Assembly: GCA_028534125.1 (NCBI GenBank)
Contig: CM052817.1
Span: forward strand, 18,540,001 to 18,604,000
DNA length: 64,000 nt
Source of the DNA: Lama glama
Taxonomy: Eukaryota
Reading direction: 5' to 3'
A program made the position numbers and the translations under genes. Position 1 is the stretch's first letter. Every line of letters begins with the position of its first letter. Shown here piece after piece: positions 1 through 12,814 of the stretch. The notes below the pieces were generated by a model. The model was not told where the DNA came from. It ran no database searches and saw only the letters and a program-made list of their open reading frames with translations.

Positions 1-1174
1 TTTAAATATTGCCACCTGTAGAAATGTGAAAAATGGATAACATTCTTAATGAACTGATGCATCTGGCTAAGAAAATTTTCAGAAATAATGTAAAAAGTGT
101 TAACTGGTTTCCTTTAGCTGCATATTATAAGATAAACTATAGAGAAATGAGCTAAAAAGGAGATATTCAGTTTTAAAATAGTTATCTAGAAGAACTAAAA
201 CAATATTCAAGACTTTCTGTGCTTGAAAATATTTATCACCCTCAGTGTCTCCTAGGGAAGATAAAATCCAGGACACAAACAGGAATATGTATTCTTAGGG
301 TAAAGAAATCAAGTGTGAGACTATAACATCTTTTGTTTAGATCACAAAAATATTTAAAGGTGGTACTTCATAATTCTTCCCAGTCAAAAAGCAGTCTTTA
401 TGGTTACATCTCATAGACCCTCTCTGTTTAGCAATAGAGTTTCCTGGAATCTTTAGGAAGTTGTCCCACAGTAGCCTCATACCAGGCCCTGAGCAGAGCA
501 TACCTTAGGAAGAGATTTATGAGTGTGACTTTTATTCAGTTGTGGATTTATAATTGATACGTAAGAAACTGACAACGTTTTTAAGTTAACTATATTGGCA
601 GAAACACCACCAGCTTGGACTAAAAGTGAGAGAGATAGAGCAAAACAAAAAGAGGCACTTGGACCTCCATATTTTAATGGGCAGGGAAAAGGTTGAGAAA
701 AATCCTCAACAAATTTAGGGTTATTTTTATGGAAATGGAAGAATGACTAAAAGGGAGAGTTCAGAGGCTAGAGGCTGGAGCTAGATCAATGGAGAACAAC
801 GCCCATAAACTAGAACAGGACTATAATCTAAGTTCTGGCAACATGTGCCTACTTGGATTTCAGAATTGCTATGATCCGGGGATCATGTGCCTCCCAGTAT
901 CCTTTTAAAACACAAGTATCTATTATGTTTATTCTATGCCCATCTTAGTACTGCATGTTGGGTGGTTGATAGCCGGTCTCTTTAGTTCACTACTTTTCAG
1001 ATAAGAGGATGCTAATGACTCTTTTCCACACTTTAACTCAGTTTAGTTGACACAATCCTAAATTTGACCCAGAGACTGATACTACAATGGGATGATTCTT
1101 TGAGTACTATTAAAGAGAATGAGTGTATTATTTATATGGAAGGAATTCAAATAACTTGTGACCAAAAGACAGCA
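1..1174 (+). mobile_element. ERVL-MaLR (MLT1-type) internal sequence, runs off the window start
   Basis: Translation from nt 6 (ILPPVEM*KMDNILNELMHLAKKIFRNNVKSVNWFPLAAYYKI) resembles MaLR-int and matches the minus ORF at 48421-48630. It abuts an MLT1 LTR. Confidence 0.8.
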
Positions 1175-1710
1175 TGTCTTTTGGAGGTTTGGAAATACAC
1201 TACACAAAATCTTTGGCATTACTTCCTTCAGTAGATGGTGATTATGTCCCCTCCCCCTGAATCTGGGCAGTCTTGTGATTTCATATAAAGGGCTTTGCAA
1301 CTTCTTTTAGGTTCTTTTGGAACTCTCCCTCTCAGGTTGCTGGCTCTTGGAAACCAGCTGTCACGCTTTGAACCTACGCCACATGGAGAGGTGAGGTGTA
1401 GTAGCATCTGTCAACATTCTCAGCTGATACCAGCATTCTTGTCCTCTCAGCTAGATGTCACATGTTTGAGTGAATAAGTCATCTTGGAAGCGGATCTTTC
1501 AGTCTTAGTTCGAGTTCTCATCCCTTGGAGTCACCTCCAACTATTTGATTCCTCCTAGCTGAAGCCCCAGTCATTGCAGAACAGAGACAAACCATTCCTG
1601 CTGTTCTCTGAGCAAATTCCTGACCCACAGAAATCGTAAGTATAACAAAATAATTGTTTATGCCACTGACTTTCTGGAGTAAGCTGCCAGATGTGCTATA
1701 AGTAACAAGG
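1175..1710 (+). mobile_element. MLT1 (G/H-like) 3' LTR
   Basis: Motifs cccctccccctgaatctgggcag, ccacatggagagg and aaattcctgacccacagaaatcgt are typical of MLT1 LTRs. Confidence 0.8.
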
Positions 1711-1885
1711 GCTGCTGTGAGTATACTTGGCATTTTCTGTAAGAATTGGACTTCTAACATCATTAAAAAAGACCATATTTGTAGATATTGTGTAGGTTGT
1801 ATTCATTATATAGATACACAAATATATGTATGTATATATATTCATACATATATGTTTATATATATACATGTATATACACACATAC

Positions 1886-2273
1886 TTATTAGTCTGCTAG
1901 GATTGCCATAACAAATACAACAGACTGGTGGCTTAAACAATAGAAAGTGATTTTTTTGCAATTCTGCAGGCTAGAAGTTTGAGATCAAGTTGTTAAGCAA
2001 AGTTGATTTCTTCTGTTTTTCTCTCCTTAGCTTGCAGATTGCTGTCTTCTTCCTGCGTCTTCACGCCCTCATATGATTTTTCCTGTGTCTGTGTCCTAGT
2101 CTCCTCTTCTTAGAAGGATGTCAGTCATATTGGATTAGGATGTACCTTGATGACCTCAATTAACCTTAATTAGCTCTGTAAAGACCTCATGTCAAAAGAC
2201 AGTCACATTCTGAGGTGATGGGGGTTAGGGCTTCAACATAAGAATTTTGATAGGAAACAATTCAGTGCATAGC
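1886..2273 (-). mobile_element. MLT1B/C-like solo LTR
   Basis: Runs tattagtctgctaggattgccataacaaa...ggcttaaacaa...gtcacattctgagg...caattcagtgcatagca. Confidence 0.85.
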
Positions 2274-2275
2274 AC

Positions 2276-2351
2276 TTTCTCTCTCTCTCCATATATATAT
2301 TGCCATATATATATATATATATGGAGAGAGAGAGAAATGAAGGAAGAGTTA

Positions 2352-2397
<46 letters not shown>

Positions 2398-2424
2398 CAC
2401 ATATATATGTATATGGATATAGAT

Positions 2425-2476
<52 letters not shown>
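2276..2476. repeat. Compound microsatellite (CT)n/(TA)n/(GA)n/(TCTA)n
   Basis: Directly visible. Confidence 0.95.
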
Positions 2477-3729
2477 ATGTCCACCCAGGAGAGGATTAAG
2501 CAATTTAACATGCTGACTTTAACTTCATAGACACATTTTGCAATAATTCTTCCTTCATTCTCTGAGACACTTGCATTTCATCTAGGCATGATTTCAAGTC
2601 TTTTCTGAGAGTATCTTTTCTAAAAGAACAGTATCTCATTTACAATACTTCTAGTTTCATCTTTGAGAAAGGAAACGGGGAAAAAATCTCACATTCTTCC
2701 TATCAGTTACAGCTGAATATTGGACACCAAGATGCCATCTTACCAAACAAGTGCTGTAAATGCTCAGTTGAGTTATGATCACAGGGGCACAAGATCTGGT
2801 CACTAGACATTCTAATTTCTGTATCTCAGCATTCTGAAACACATCAAGTTCAGAGAATCCTTGGCAAAAAGAATATAGAGCCTTCATAGAAAATACTTGT
2901 GCAATGTTTTCTATTTAACTGTGAGAGAAAAAGCACAGTAAAAATTGAAGATAAAATAATTCCTTAGAAATGTTTCTTTTTCTACCTTAGACCTAATAAA
3001 AGAGAAAGAAAAATTTGGTGTTTTTTTTTGCTTTGCTAAAGAAAAATGCCTGTGCACTGTAAACATGAACTGTTTAGACGATAATGCAGTGTGCTAGATA
3101 TCAAAGCTCTTTCTATATTAGTTGAGAATGTTTCCGAGTCTCCTAAAGAAGGAGATTTATTTTGTGGAGCAACCCAAGGCTCTGTCCTTTTGAGGAATAT
3201 GTTGTACTTTTGCATGGAACACCATTAAATATAACACACCACATCAGTGGCAAAGACTAAAATAAACTTCTGCCAGAGAGAATAGAGTGAAATTGGAATA
3301 GTTTATGTCCCATGACTCCAGGTCAGCCAGATCGAAGTCTGCAAGGCCAAACATTGTGGATCTCTGAACACATTCTTTGTTGTGGGCTGGGTCTCTGTTG
3401 TCCACTAGGAAAGATTTTATTTTATGTATTAACGAGAGTAGGCTCACAGAGGCTTAGAGAGCTCCTGGTGATACTGACACGGTTCTCCTGTTGAGAACCA
3501 CTGACTGAGATCATCTTGGATTTTCACTTGCAGTATTTTATGAATTCACTCTTACGTTCTTCTCTTCTCTCCTCCACTTCCAAAGACAGATAAATAGGCA
3601 AATTAAGTACTAGTCCTCACTCATGTCAGTGTACTCTCTTACCTGCCTCAGTGAGCAATTTGTAGGTGGGCTGGCCTGGATCGTTCGTAAGACTGGCTTA
3701 ATTTTTCTCTGGACACTGTGTACTTCCTT

Positions 3730-3982
3730 GCAGAGACTTTCCTTGATCACCTAGTATCATCTGAAGATTTGTCTGGCCCCTTTCTTTGTTGTCAGAGCAT
3801 TTTCTCTCCTTTATTCTGCTCATTATAACATACAATTACTTTTTTTCCTTCTGGTCTGTGGTTTGCCTTGTTCACTCTACTGCAGTGGAAGCTCCATGAA
3901 GGCTCAGGACTATGCTTTTCTTGTTTAGCTTTAGTCCCAGTGTATATATTAGATGTTTGACATATATTTATAAATAATGAAG
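3730..3982 (+). mobile_element. L2 3' end remnant
   Basis: gaagctccatgaaggctcaggactatg...taaataatgaa resembles the L2 tail. Confidence 0.6.
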
Positions 3983-4137
3983 GATTTTGAGAAAACAGCT
4001 GCAGTGTGGGGTTTCTTTTGTGGTTGTTATATTTTTCTGATCAACTACATTCAGTCCTTATTAAAGATTCTGGTTTATAATAGAATTCAAAGTCATACTA
4101 TCCACCTCTGGATTTCACGGAGAACTTACAAGAATCA

Positions 4138-5462
4138 TTTCCCTTTGGATATATACCCAGGAATGGAATTGCTGAGTCATATGGTAGTCCTGTTTTTTTG
4201 AGAAACCTCCATACTGTTTTCCACACTGCCGGCACTGACTTACATCCACACCAACAGTGGTTGAGGGTTGCCTTTTCTCCACATGCTTGCCAACATTTGT
4301 TATTTGTGTTCTTTTTGATGACAGCTATTCTGACAGGTGTGAAATGATATCTCACTATGGTTTTGATTTGCATTTCCCTGATGCTTAGTGATGTTGAGCA
4401 TCTTTCCATGTGTCTGTTGGCCATCTGCATGTCCTCTTTGGAAAAATGTCTTTTCAGGTCTTCTGCCCATTTTTTAATTAGGTTGTTTGTTTTTTCAATG
4501 TTGAGTTGTATGAACTATTTATATATGTTGGCTATTAACCCCTTATTGGTCATATTACTTGCAAACATTTTTCTCCTATTTTATAGATTTCATTTCATTT
4601 TTGTTCCTGGTTTCCTTCGCTGTGAAAAAACTTTTAAGTTTAATTAGGTTCTATTTGCTTATTTTCACTTTTATTTCCTTAGGAGACAGATGCAAAAAAA
4701 TATTGCTACCATTTATGTCAAAGGGTGTTATGCCTATGTTTTACTGTAGAGGTTTTATGGTTTCTGGTCTTACATTTAGGCCTTTAATTCATTATGAGTT
4801 TATTTTTGTATATGATGTTAGAGAATGTTCTAATTTCATTCTTTTACATGGAGCTGTCCAGTTTTCCCAGCACCACTTATTGAAGGGACTAATTTGAATT
4901 TGATGCACGCACCTCAATATTTATAGCAGCATTATTTACAATTGCCAAGATATGGAAGCAACCTAAATGTCTATCAACAGATGAACAAATGAAGAAGATG
5001 TGGTATAGATATAGAATGGAATTAGTACTCAACCACAAAAAAGATTGAGATTTTGCCATTTTTAACAACTTTGATAGACTTGGAGGGTATCATGCTAAGA
5101 AAAATAAGTCAGATACAGAAAGACAAATACTATATGATTTCACTTATATGTAGAATCTAAAAAATACAGCCAACAAATGCATATAACAAAAAAGAAACAG
5201 ACTCACAGATATAGAAAACAAACTAGGGGTTATCAGTGAGGGTGAGGGAAGGGGGGATAGGGAAATATAAGGGTAGAGAATTAAGAGGTACAAACTATTA
5301 TGTATAAAGTAAGCTGCAAGGATATGTTGTATATCCCAGGGAATACAGCCAATAGTTTATAATAACTGTAAATGGAGCATAACCTTTAAAAATTGTAACT
5401 TACTATATTGTACACCTGTAACTTATATAATATTGTACATCAACTATACTTCAATCAAAAAA
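4138..5462 (+). mobile_element. 5'-truncated, 5'-inverted L1 (4138-4890 minus; 4891-5462 plus)
   Basis: Minus ORF 4098-4430 is the ORF2p C-terminus ([30 protein letters not shown]...[10 protein letters not shown]). The plus part is the L1 3' UTR with A tail. TSD aagaatca at 4130-4137 and 5463-5470. Confidence 0.92.
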
Positions 5463-6164
5463 AAGAATCACCTCTTTTTATTTCAGATATCTAGAAAGGT
5501 CTCAGGTTCTCTGATGACAAACAACTTTGCATTCTCTTCCATTAACATGATTTTATCTTTGTAGGATTTTTTTTTAGGCATTAACAGGGCAATTTAGGTA
5601 GATTTTCCAAATTCTGTCTCATTATGGTTAAGGGGCGCCTTTGTGTGACTGTTTTGTCATAAATAGCATAACATGAGTGAGATACATACTTGATGACTAT
5701 GTAGAATTGTTGGGATGCTGAAAGAAGTATACAGATTTGGGGCTTATACAGCACTTCATCTAAAAACAAATGTCATGAAACAACAAAACAAAACCTTGAC
5801 CTCATGTTGACAACTACATTAAAGGTACCTCAAAGGAAATTTTAAGAAAGAGCAGGGTTTAAGCTAGGTAGTTTAAATGTCTCAGCATATCTGAATCCTA
5901 CATTTAGGTTGTGTTGACTTTATTGTCATAGGTGTATTTGTTGCTTCTGAATTGCATGCAAAAAATGTGATTACAAAATTCTAAAACTTGGCCTCCACTA
6001 ATCATCAAAACTACTGGCATTATGATGACACAAAGAGTTTCACAATGTAGCTATTATGATATATCTTAATTCAGAAAGGGATTACTGGTTTGCATTGCAA
6101 ACGTAAGGAAGAAAGTTTTGGTAATATTGAGGACTCTAAGTCACATCATTTGCAAATATTCATT

Positions 6165-7235
6165 CAATGTGAATCACAGATATATATCTGAAAGATAAAA
6201 CAATAAAGCTTTTAGAAGAAAGCAGATTATCTTCATAGTGTTGGGATTGGTGAAAATTTCTGAATACAATTCAAAAAGCACTAGCAATAAAAAGTAAAAC
6301 CTGATAAATTGATCTTCTGTTTATCAAAATACATCATTAAGAAAGGTATAAGACAAGCCCCAAACTGGGAAGAAAGATTTTCAAAATATTTATCTGATAA
6401 AGGACTCATATCCAGAATAGATGAGAAATTTTACAAATCAAAAAAAAAAAAAACCACAGAGAATTCAATGTGAAAAATGGGAAAAGTCTTGAAGCGGTAC
6501 CAACATGCATATGTAAAAGTGTTCAACATCATTTTGAAGAAATGGAAATTAAAACTATGGTTGAAAACTACTATGTGACCACCAGCATGGTAAAATTTAA
6601 AAGGCTGTCAATTACAAATGCTGCCATGAATGTAGAGTTAATGGAAACTCTCATGTATTGTTGATGGGTTGGTTAATTGTTTTAACCACTTTGGGAAAAA
6701 TTTTTGCAGTATTCCACTAAAACTAGAGATAACACCAACCCTATAATTCCGCAATTCCATTCCACACCCAAGAGAAATGAGTGCATATGACCATGAAAAA
6801 CACATACAAGAATATTCACAGTGACCCAATTGTTAGGGAGTGGAAAAATATGTTTCAGTATATTCATATTAGGAATTCTCCACAACAATAAAAGGTAACA
6901 AATTCTGATAAGTGCAACCACACAATGAATCCAAGAAAGATAATATTGAATGAAAGAAGACAGATAAAAAAGTTTCATAATGTACAATTCCACTTTTATG
7001 GAGTGCAAGATCAGGCAATTTTAGCTCATGGTTACAGAAGTCACAACAATGCTTTCCCTGTAGGGAAAGGCAAGTATTAACTGGAAAGGGACTCAATGGA
7101 ATCTTTTGGAGTAATGGCAATGTCTTAACATTGATCTTGGTGGGTTGCATGGGTGTATACAAATATAAACAATTTATTATGTTGTGTATTTAAGATTTGT
7201 GTATTTTACCATATGTAAGTTATAACTCAGTAAAT
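6165..7235 (+). mobile_element. Old L1M (L1ME-like) ORF2 end and 3' UTR
   Basis: aaaacaataaagcttttagaaga, tatctgataaaggactcatatccagaata, accactttgggaaaa and taagatttgtgtattttac. Confidence 0.85.
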
Positions 7236-7237
7236 CA

Positions 7238-7545
7238 TGTGTTATGCAGTAATTACGTTTTCTTATTTTTCATATTCTTGTTGCTCTGGCAGCTGAGACC
7301 TCACTGACTTGAGAGAAATTGCCCTGATTCTTAGAGATTGCAAATGATTTTTTTCAGGAGCGTTATTTTAATATGCAAACTAACCAATCCAGAGCCCATA
7401 TTCCAAACCACCCCTTTTATATGGCTTTTACTCCAAGAGACAATATTCCTTTGCTGTAATCATCCCAAGGCAAGGTACCAGGCAACTAGAGATAGCCCTT
7501 TTACCCCAGAGGTGCTGTACCTGGAAAATTTTTAAACTAGCACAG
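7238..7545 (+). mobile_element. ERVL-class LTR fragment (MER74/MER54-like)
   Basis: atatgcaaactaaccaatccagagccc...ggtaccaggcaactagagatagccc. Confidence 0.7.
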
Positions 7546-7789
7546 TAATTAATAAAAACTCTTAGAAAGACAGAATATGTAATTACCAGGAGAGTAGGTA
7601 ATAGAGGATGGTGAGATCAAATGGCATAGATATAATTAAGCAGAAAGAAATTTAAATGGCTTTTTCATCAATGTATTATTTATAAAGCATATTTTACATA
7701 GCATCTCCAGGTAATCATTGATATAAAATAGCATAGCATTATTAGAACTATTTGTATATTGCAAGCAACAGAAGAGGCAAATCAAACAG

Positions 7790-7881
7790 AGAAAGAAGGA
7801 AAGAAAGAAAGAAAGAAGGAAAGAAGGAAAGACAGAAAGAAAGAAAGAAAGAAAGAAAGAAACAAACAAACAAACAAAGAA
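7790..7881. repeat. (GAAA)n(CAAA)n microsatellite
   Basis: Directly visible. Confidence 0.95.
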
Positions 7882-8379
7882 ATTTTCTGGCTGACAAAAT
7901 TAAGCCAGCATGGAAGATTCAACATCTCAAAATAACATGGGCAACATTGTTGGACACCTGATGTCTATTAAACCATTTACCAAGAGAAGAAGAAGTAAAG
8001 GAATTGAGGCGGTGTTGATGGGAATGAGGGTTGAGAAGTTATTTTAAACAGCACAATGTATATTATAAAATTGTGCTTGGAGTCCTTTCTCTTCTTCCTA
8101 TCTCTCCAAATATTATTACTTCTTATTAAAAAATCTGAAATGTGAATCAGAAAACCTCATCATAGTCTTTTAAAGGTATTTGATGATTCATGAATATACA
8201 TATATATGACAAAATCACTTTTTTGATTTTGGATAAAATTGTGGTCTTATTTGTTTTTGACAAGCTAGTTTAGAATGCCTGAAGGTGTAATAAGTTTTCC
8301 ACACACACCTCCTCAGTAGTTGTCCTTCTGTAGTCCCACCATGCTTACTGAGGTTTATCCATGTAGATGCCAGGAGAGA

Positions 8380-8980
8380 TTGCAGCTGACAGTTTGAAAT
8401 AATTGCGAAGGATTGACTGTCAGTTCCTCAAAAGACCATCAGGAGAAATGGTTATTCAAACAAAGCTAAGTTCATTAAACCTACAGTGAGGGAGAGGGCT
8501 ACTTTGACAGTCTCAGTAGTGTCTCAAAAAGGAGAAGTCTGGGATAGATACTGATAGGAGTTTGGACTCTGGGATCAAATGCTTTAAAATAGGTCTTTCA
8601 AGGCACATTATCTGATAGGGATTGGGTCATGCTCATGATGCAGTATTTTTAGTTTGGTGGGCACAGGGAAGCAAGAATCTTGAAGGGAGTTTTGATAAAT
8701 AAGCAGCTGTTTAATGAGTGAGTTGTTTGGCCAAGTGAACCATCATTGTTCCTAGAGCAGGGGCTGTTTGACCAGATGAGCAAACTATTCATCCAAATGT
8801 ATTGGCTTTTAGGAAATTCCTGGAACCAATAATGAAGTTATTTATTGGTTTACAGCCTTATCTTCCTGGACAAGAATCTCCTGGAACAAATAAGGTAGAG
8901 TCATGTTGACACAAGTGGCTTCAGATTTCAGTCTAGATAGATAGTTAAAGCTATGTGGCTACAGGTGGTCTTGGTTCTCA
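8380..8980 (-). mobile_element. ERV1-class solo LTR (MER89/MER90/MER110-like)
   Basis: Reverse strand begins tgagaaccaagaccacc and carries a U5-like aaacaaagctaagttcattaa segment. Confidence 0.6.
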
Positions 8981-10747
8981 AAATTAAATGCAGAGGATGG
9001 AGAATGCCATTTTGTTGTAAGGGCTCTGAAACCATTGGGATGGTATGTGGATTTGAGAGAGCTCAATGAGACAGAAAGTCAACTTTGAAGATGTTTCAGG
9101 TGCATCTGAAGATTTAAAACTAGTCTAGATTTTCTTTGATTGTGAGATGAATTTTTAACCCAAGTGCATTGATTATAACTCGCTGTGTTTTATTTCATGA
9201 AATCCAAGACCTCCATTTGCCTCAGGATATTAAGAACAGAAGCCTTCCATATTCCTATTCACACGTATGACCATGTGGGAAGTCACTGTCACTTGATATT
9301 CTGGCTTCTGAGGTTAATTATTTATATGATTCCAGTTTTTGGTTGTTTGCTTGTTTGTTTTGCTCCTATCCTCACTCCACATGTGTAATAGTTGAAAAGC
9401 ATGGCCCATCCTTCCATCAAGACAATAGGCTTCAATGGTAAGTCACCAGTAGGTAGCCCTTCCTTCTTCTATGACTTACAGCAGTTTAGCACAGACTTGT
9501 TGATATAAACATAAATTCTGGAGATTTGACAGAGATCAAGTGGCCTCTACCTGTGTCTTTCTATCACGTTATGGTCACAATATCTGTCCTAGTATTGAGC
9601 TGAGTTGAGTCGTGGTTAAAGGGTAAACAGTTTTTGAGTTACTGAAGGGCTATTGATGCAGAGGGGGACAAATACCTTCCATTCAGAAGAAGTTCCAAAG
9701 CGATAGATGTATAAACCCAGAGAATACATGAAAGAAAATATTTAATCAACCCCAGTAATCCCTGGCCTTGCTTAGTTATTCTGGGGATCTCTTACTCTAA
9801 TACGTGGAATCTATATAACATCACTCAATACCTTTGCTTGTTGGGATTTGGAACTGAGCTTTCTGACATTGCCGAGAGAATTGCTACAGGATGTTAGGAA
9901 TTATTCAATGAGATGTTTTGAATGAAGTGAAAAAAAATCATAATATTTCCCAGTTAGAAAGCAGATCTCTTGTCTAGGAGGTCTCATCACAGACAAGAAA
10001 AAGTGGCAGAAAGAGTAGTTAGTACTTGTATTCCCAGCTCTTTCCAGATGTACGATAGTAAGTGTTGTAGGTCTTGGAGATTAAGCTGGGATTTGCAGCT
10101 GTACTCTGGAAGACAGATTCAGCAGCTAGGTCCAAGCTTCATCCCATTCCTATTTATTTGCTCACTCAAAATTATCATGGAAAACTTGAACTTTGATTGC
10201 TCCTTCCTCAAATAGCACATCTTACTTTTCCGGTGTTACTTAAAGGACTACTCCATAATATATCTGGCTTCCATTATGGTTGCATATTGTCTTTTCTCAT
10301 CTCATTCAATATTAAGATCCTTTAAGCTCACAGACTTGATGCGTTCATGCAATTTTTAGTAGGTGCCAACTACATGACAGTTCTGTGATCGTTACTAGGG
10401 CAACAAAAAGGAAGACATCATGCCTGTCCTCAAATAGCCCATTTAACAATTTTCGTTTTACTCATGCACTTGACTCCTTAAGTCCTTTGCATATCTTGTC
10501 TTATGCACTATTCACATCCCACAAGTATGTCTTGTCCTTAGTTAGATTGACATTTGTCATTTAAGAATGAGGATGTTAAAGTCACCCTGACTGAACTGGG
10601 ATCAGTTCCCCCAAGGTGAGTAATCATTTTATATGTTATTACAAGTACAAATAAAGTGAAGCATATAATGAAGTTGTTAGTATAGTATGTGGAACATATA
10701 AAGTGCTCCAGAAATGTGAAATTTTCGTTAGTCATTATTATCTAATT

Positions 10748-10948
10748 CAGGGGTCTTTAAACTTCTGTAAATATTTTTGGATTTATGCTCAGATATATGG
10801 TCCCAGGGACAAGTACTCAACTTTGACTTCTTGGCACAAAAGCAGCCCCAAACAGCACGTTAACAAATGGATGTGATGTGTTCCAATAAAACTTCACATG
10901 TGAATGTGGGTGGCAGGCTGGATTTGGGGCACAAACTGCAGTTTTCTG
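10748..10948 (+). mobile_element. MER58A-like hAT-Charlie MITE
   Basis: caggggtc 5' end, gtgttccaataaaacttc and ggcaggctggatttgg. Perfect 8-bp TSD atctaatt at 10740-10747 and 10949-10956. Confidence 0.9.
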
Positions 10949-12814
10949 ATCTAATTCAACTTTCCAAATTTATAGAAAATTTATAGAAAATCGCAGCAGA
11001 AAAGTGAATTATCTTGCATGCCACATACATGTTTGTCTTGTTAAAAGCATTACATTTGCACCATCTTCCCAGTCAGTTGAAATGCTGATGGTTAAGTTTA
11101 CATAAATCAGGTGGTAATTTCCTGCCAAATTCCTTTAATGGGATACCCAGTTTTTGATTTTATTGAAATAATTGGATGAAATTCTAAGGTAGTAACAATA
11201 GCATCATTATTTGCTTCTCAGATGAAATTGACTTTTATTTCAAAACTTTAAAGACTAAGAAAATTAGATTGTGTCAAATAGAAAGGAATGGAATTCAATT
11301 TTCATCGACCACTGTCGTCAATGTAGGAGAGCATGCAACCTTCCAGTTTTTTCAGGCTAGATATTGTTATGCTTCATTTTGTATTTCAAATATTACAGGT
11401 TCCCTTCTCTCCTGATGTAAATATATTTTTTGCTATCCTTTCAGCTTTGACTGCAAGCAGTAGTGTTATAATTAACGAAAGGAGTTCTTATGGGAATTAT
11501 AATGAGAAAAAAAGAGGTGGAAAATAATTTCTCGTTTTGGGAGAAGTCCACTCAATCTTTCCTCTCATATCCATATCCAGTTTCATATTCATAACTGAAA
11601 GGTCATATCCATATTGACAATGGCACTTTGTTTTTGCTGTGTTGAAAACTTCTCTTCTAAGGTATATAAGTAGTCTATAATTAAGATTGCAAACTGACCT
11701 ACATTGGTATGTCTGGTATTTTAAGGGTGATCATTCCAGCATAATAATCTTTTCCCCAATACTTGGACAAAAAAGGAATGGTCTCAGTACTGGCACACTT
11801 TGCCCAGATAATTTTTATTTTTCCCAGAGAGAAGGCCAGCTATGAAGGATTGAGGATAGGAATGGCATTGGAATTCTCATACTCAACCCTGGAAAAGAAA
11901 AGGCAGCAGATAAATGACTTAATTATTGAGAAAACACCAGTACCCAGTTCTGACACATGGGGGAAGTGTTTTGCTTTCAAATCCTTTGGCTGGTGTCTGG
12001 AAATCACATTTTCAAATGATAATAGTTGAAAGATATTGATAGAAAGATCAGACACAAAAATAGTCTGAAATAATAAAATAGAGTAGTGAAGCAAATCACA
12101 TAATCAGGTTTCACATTTCAGAAAAACCACCAATATTTTGCAGAATATAGGTAGGTACAAACACCCTGGTGCAAAATCCTGGGTGTTGAAGATCCTTCCA
12201 ACTTCAGTTCTTTGTCCTAGAGTTTTTTTTTCCTTAAACAATTTTACACCCCAAAAGGTAGAATAAATACAAGAACAATGTACTACTCTTACATGTATTT
12301 GAAACATTCAAAATAATACATTATAGTACTTGTAAAACCTTTTACATATAATGTGTACAACTGTATATTTTATTATGTATTATGGTATTTTAAAATTCAC
12401 CTCCAATACAAAATGCTAGTCTACCTTTTTCTATTTTGTTATTGAATAGTTTTGGATTTGCTGCAGAATTTCTAAAATTATGTTTTTCTTCTGTAAATTT
12501 TTTCCTTGTGTTAATTTTCATCTGGACAGATAATCTTTATGCATACTTCATTAGGTAGTGGTCAGAGTTCAGTTTCTCACTCATTCTTATTCACATGAAT
12601 TATAAACTCATAATTGTATCATATCCCAAATTTTCCTCATTCAAAATGAAAACCATTGAGCCACAAATTATACTGGTATACAGGCCATGTGTAGGACTTT
12701 CCAAACAGTAACTTTATTTCCCATGTACCATCTGAATTTTTAATCACAATGTTTGTTCTGTGTTTCCTATTGGCCCTAAATTGAAACTAGTGTTTTCTTC
12801 TTTTTAGAAGATAA

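Noticed and set aside
3440..3505. MER5-like terminus (gttgagaaccactg)
   Set aside because: Too short to delimit or classify with confidence.
4098..4897. Cluster of ORFs near 100 aa
   Set aside because: Decayed L1 ORF2 and its antisense frames, not host genes.
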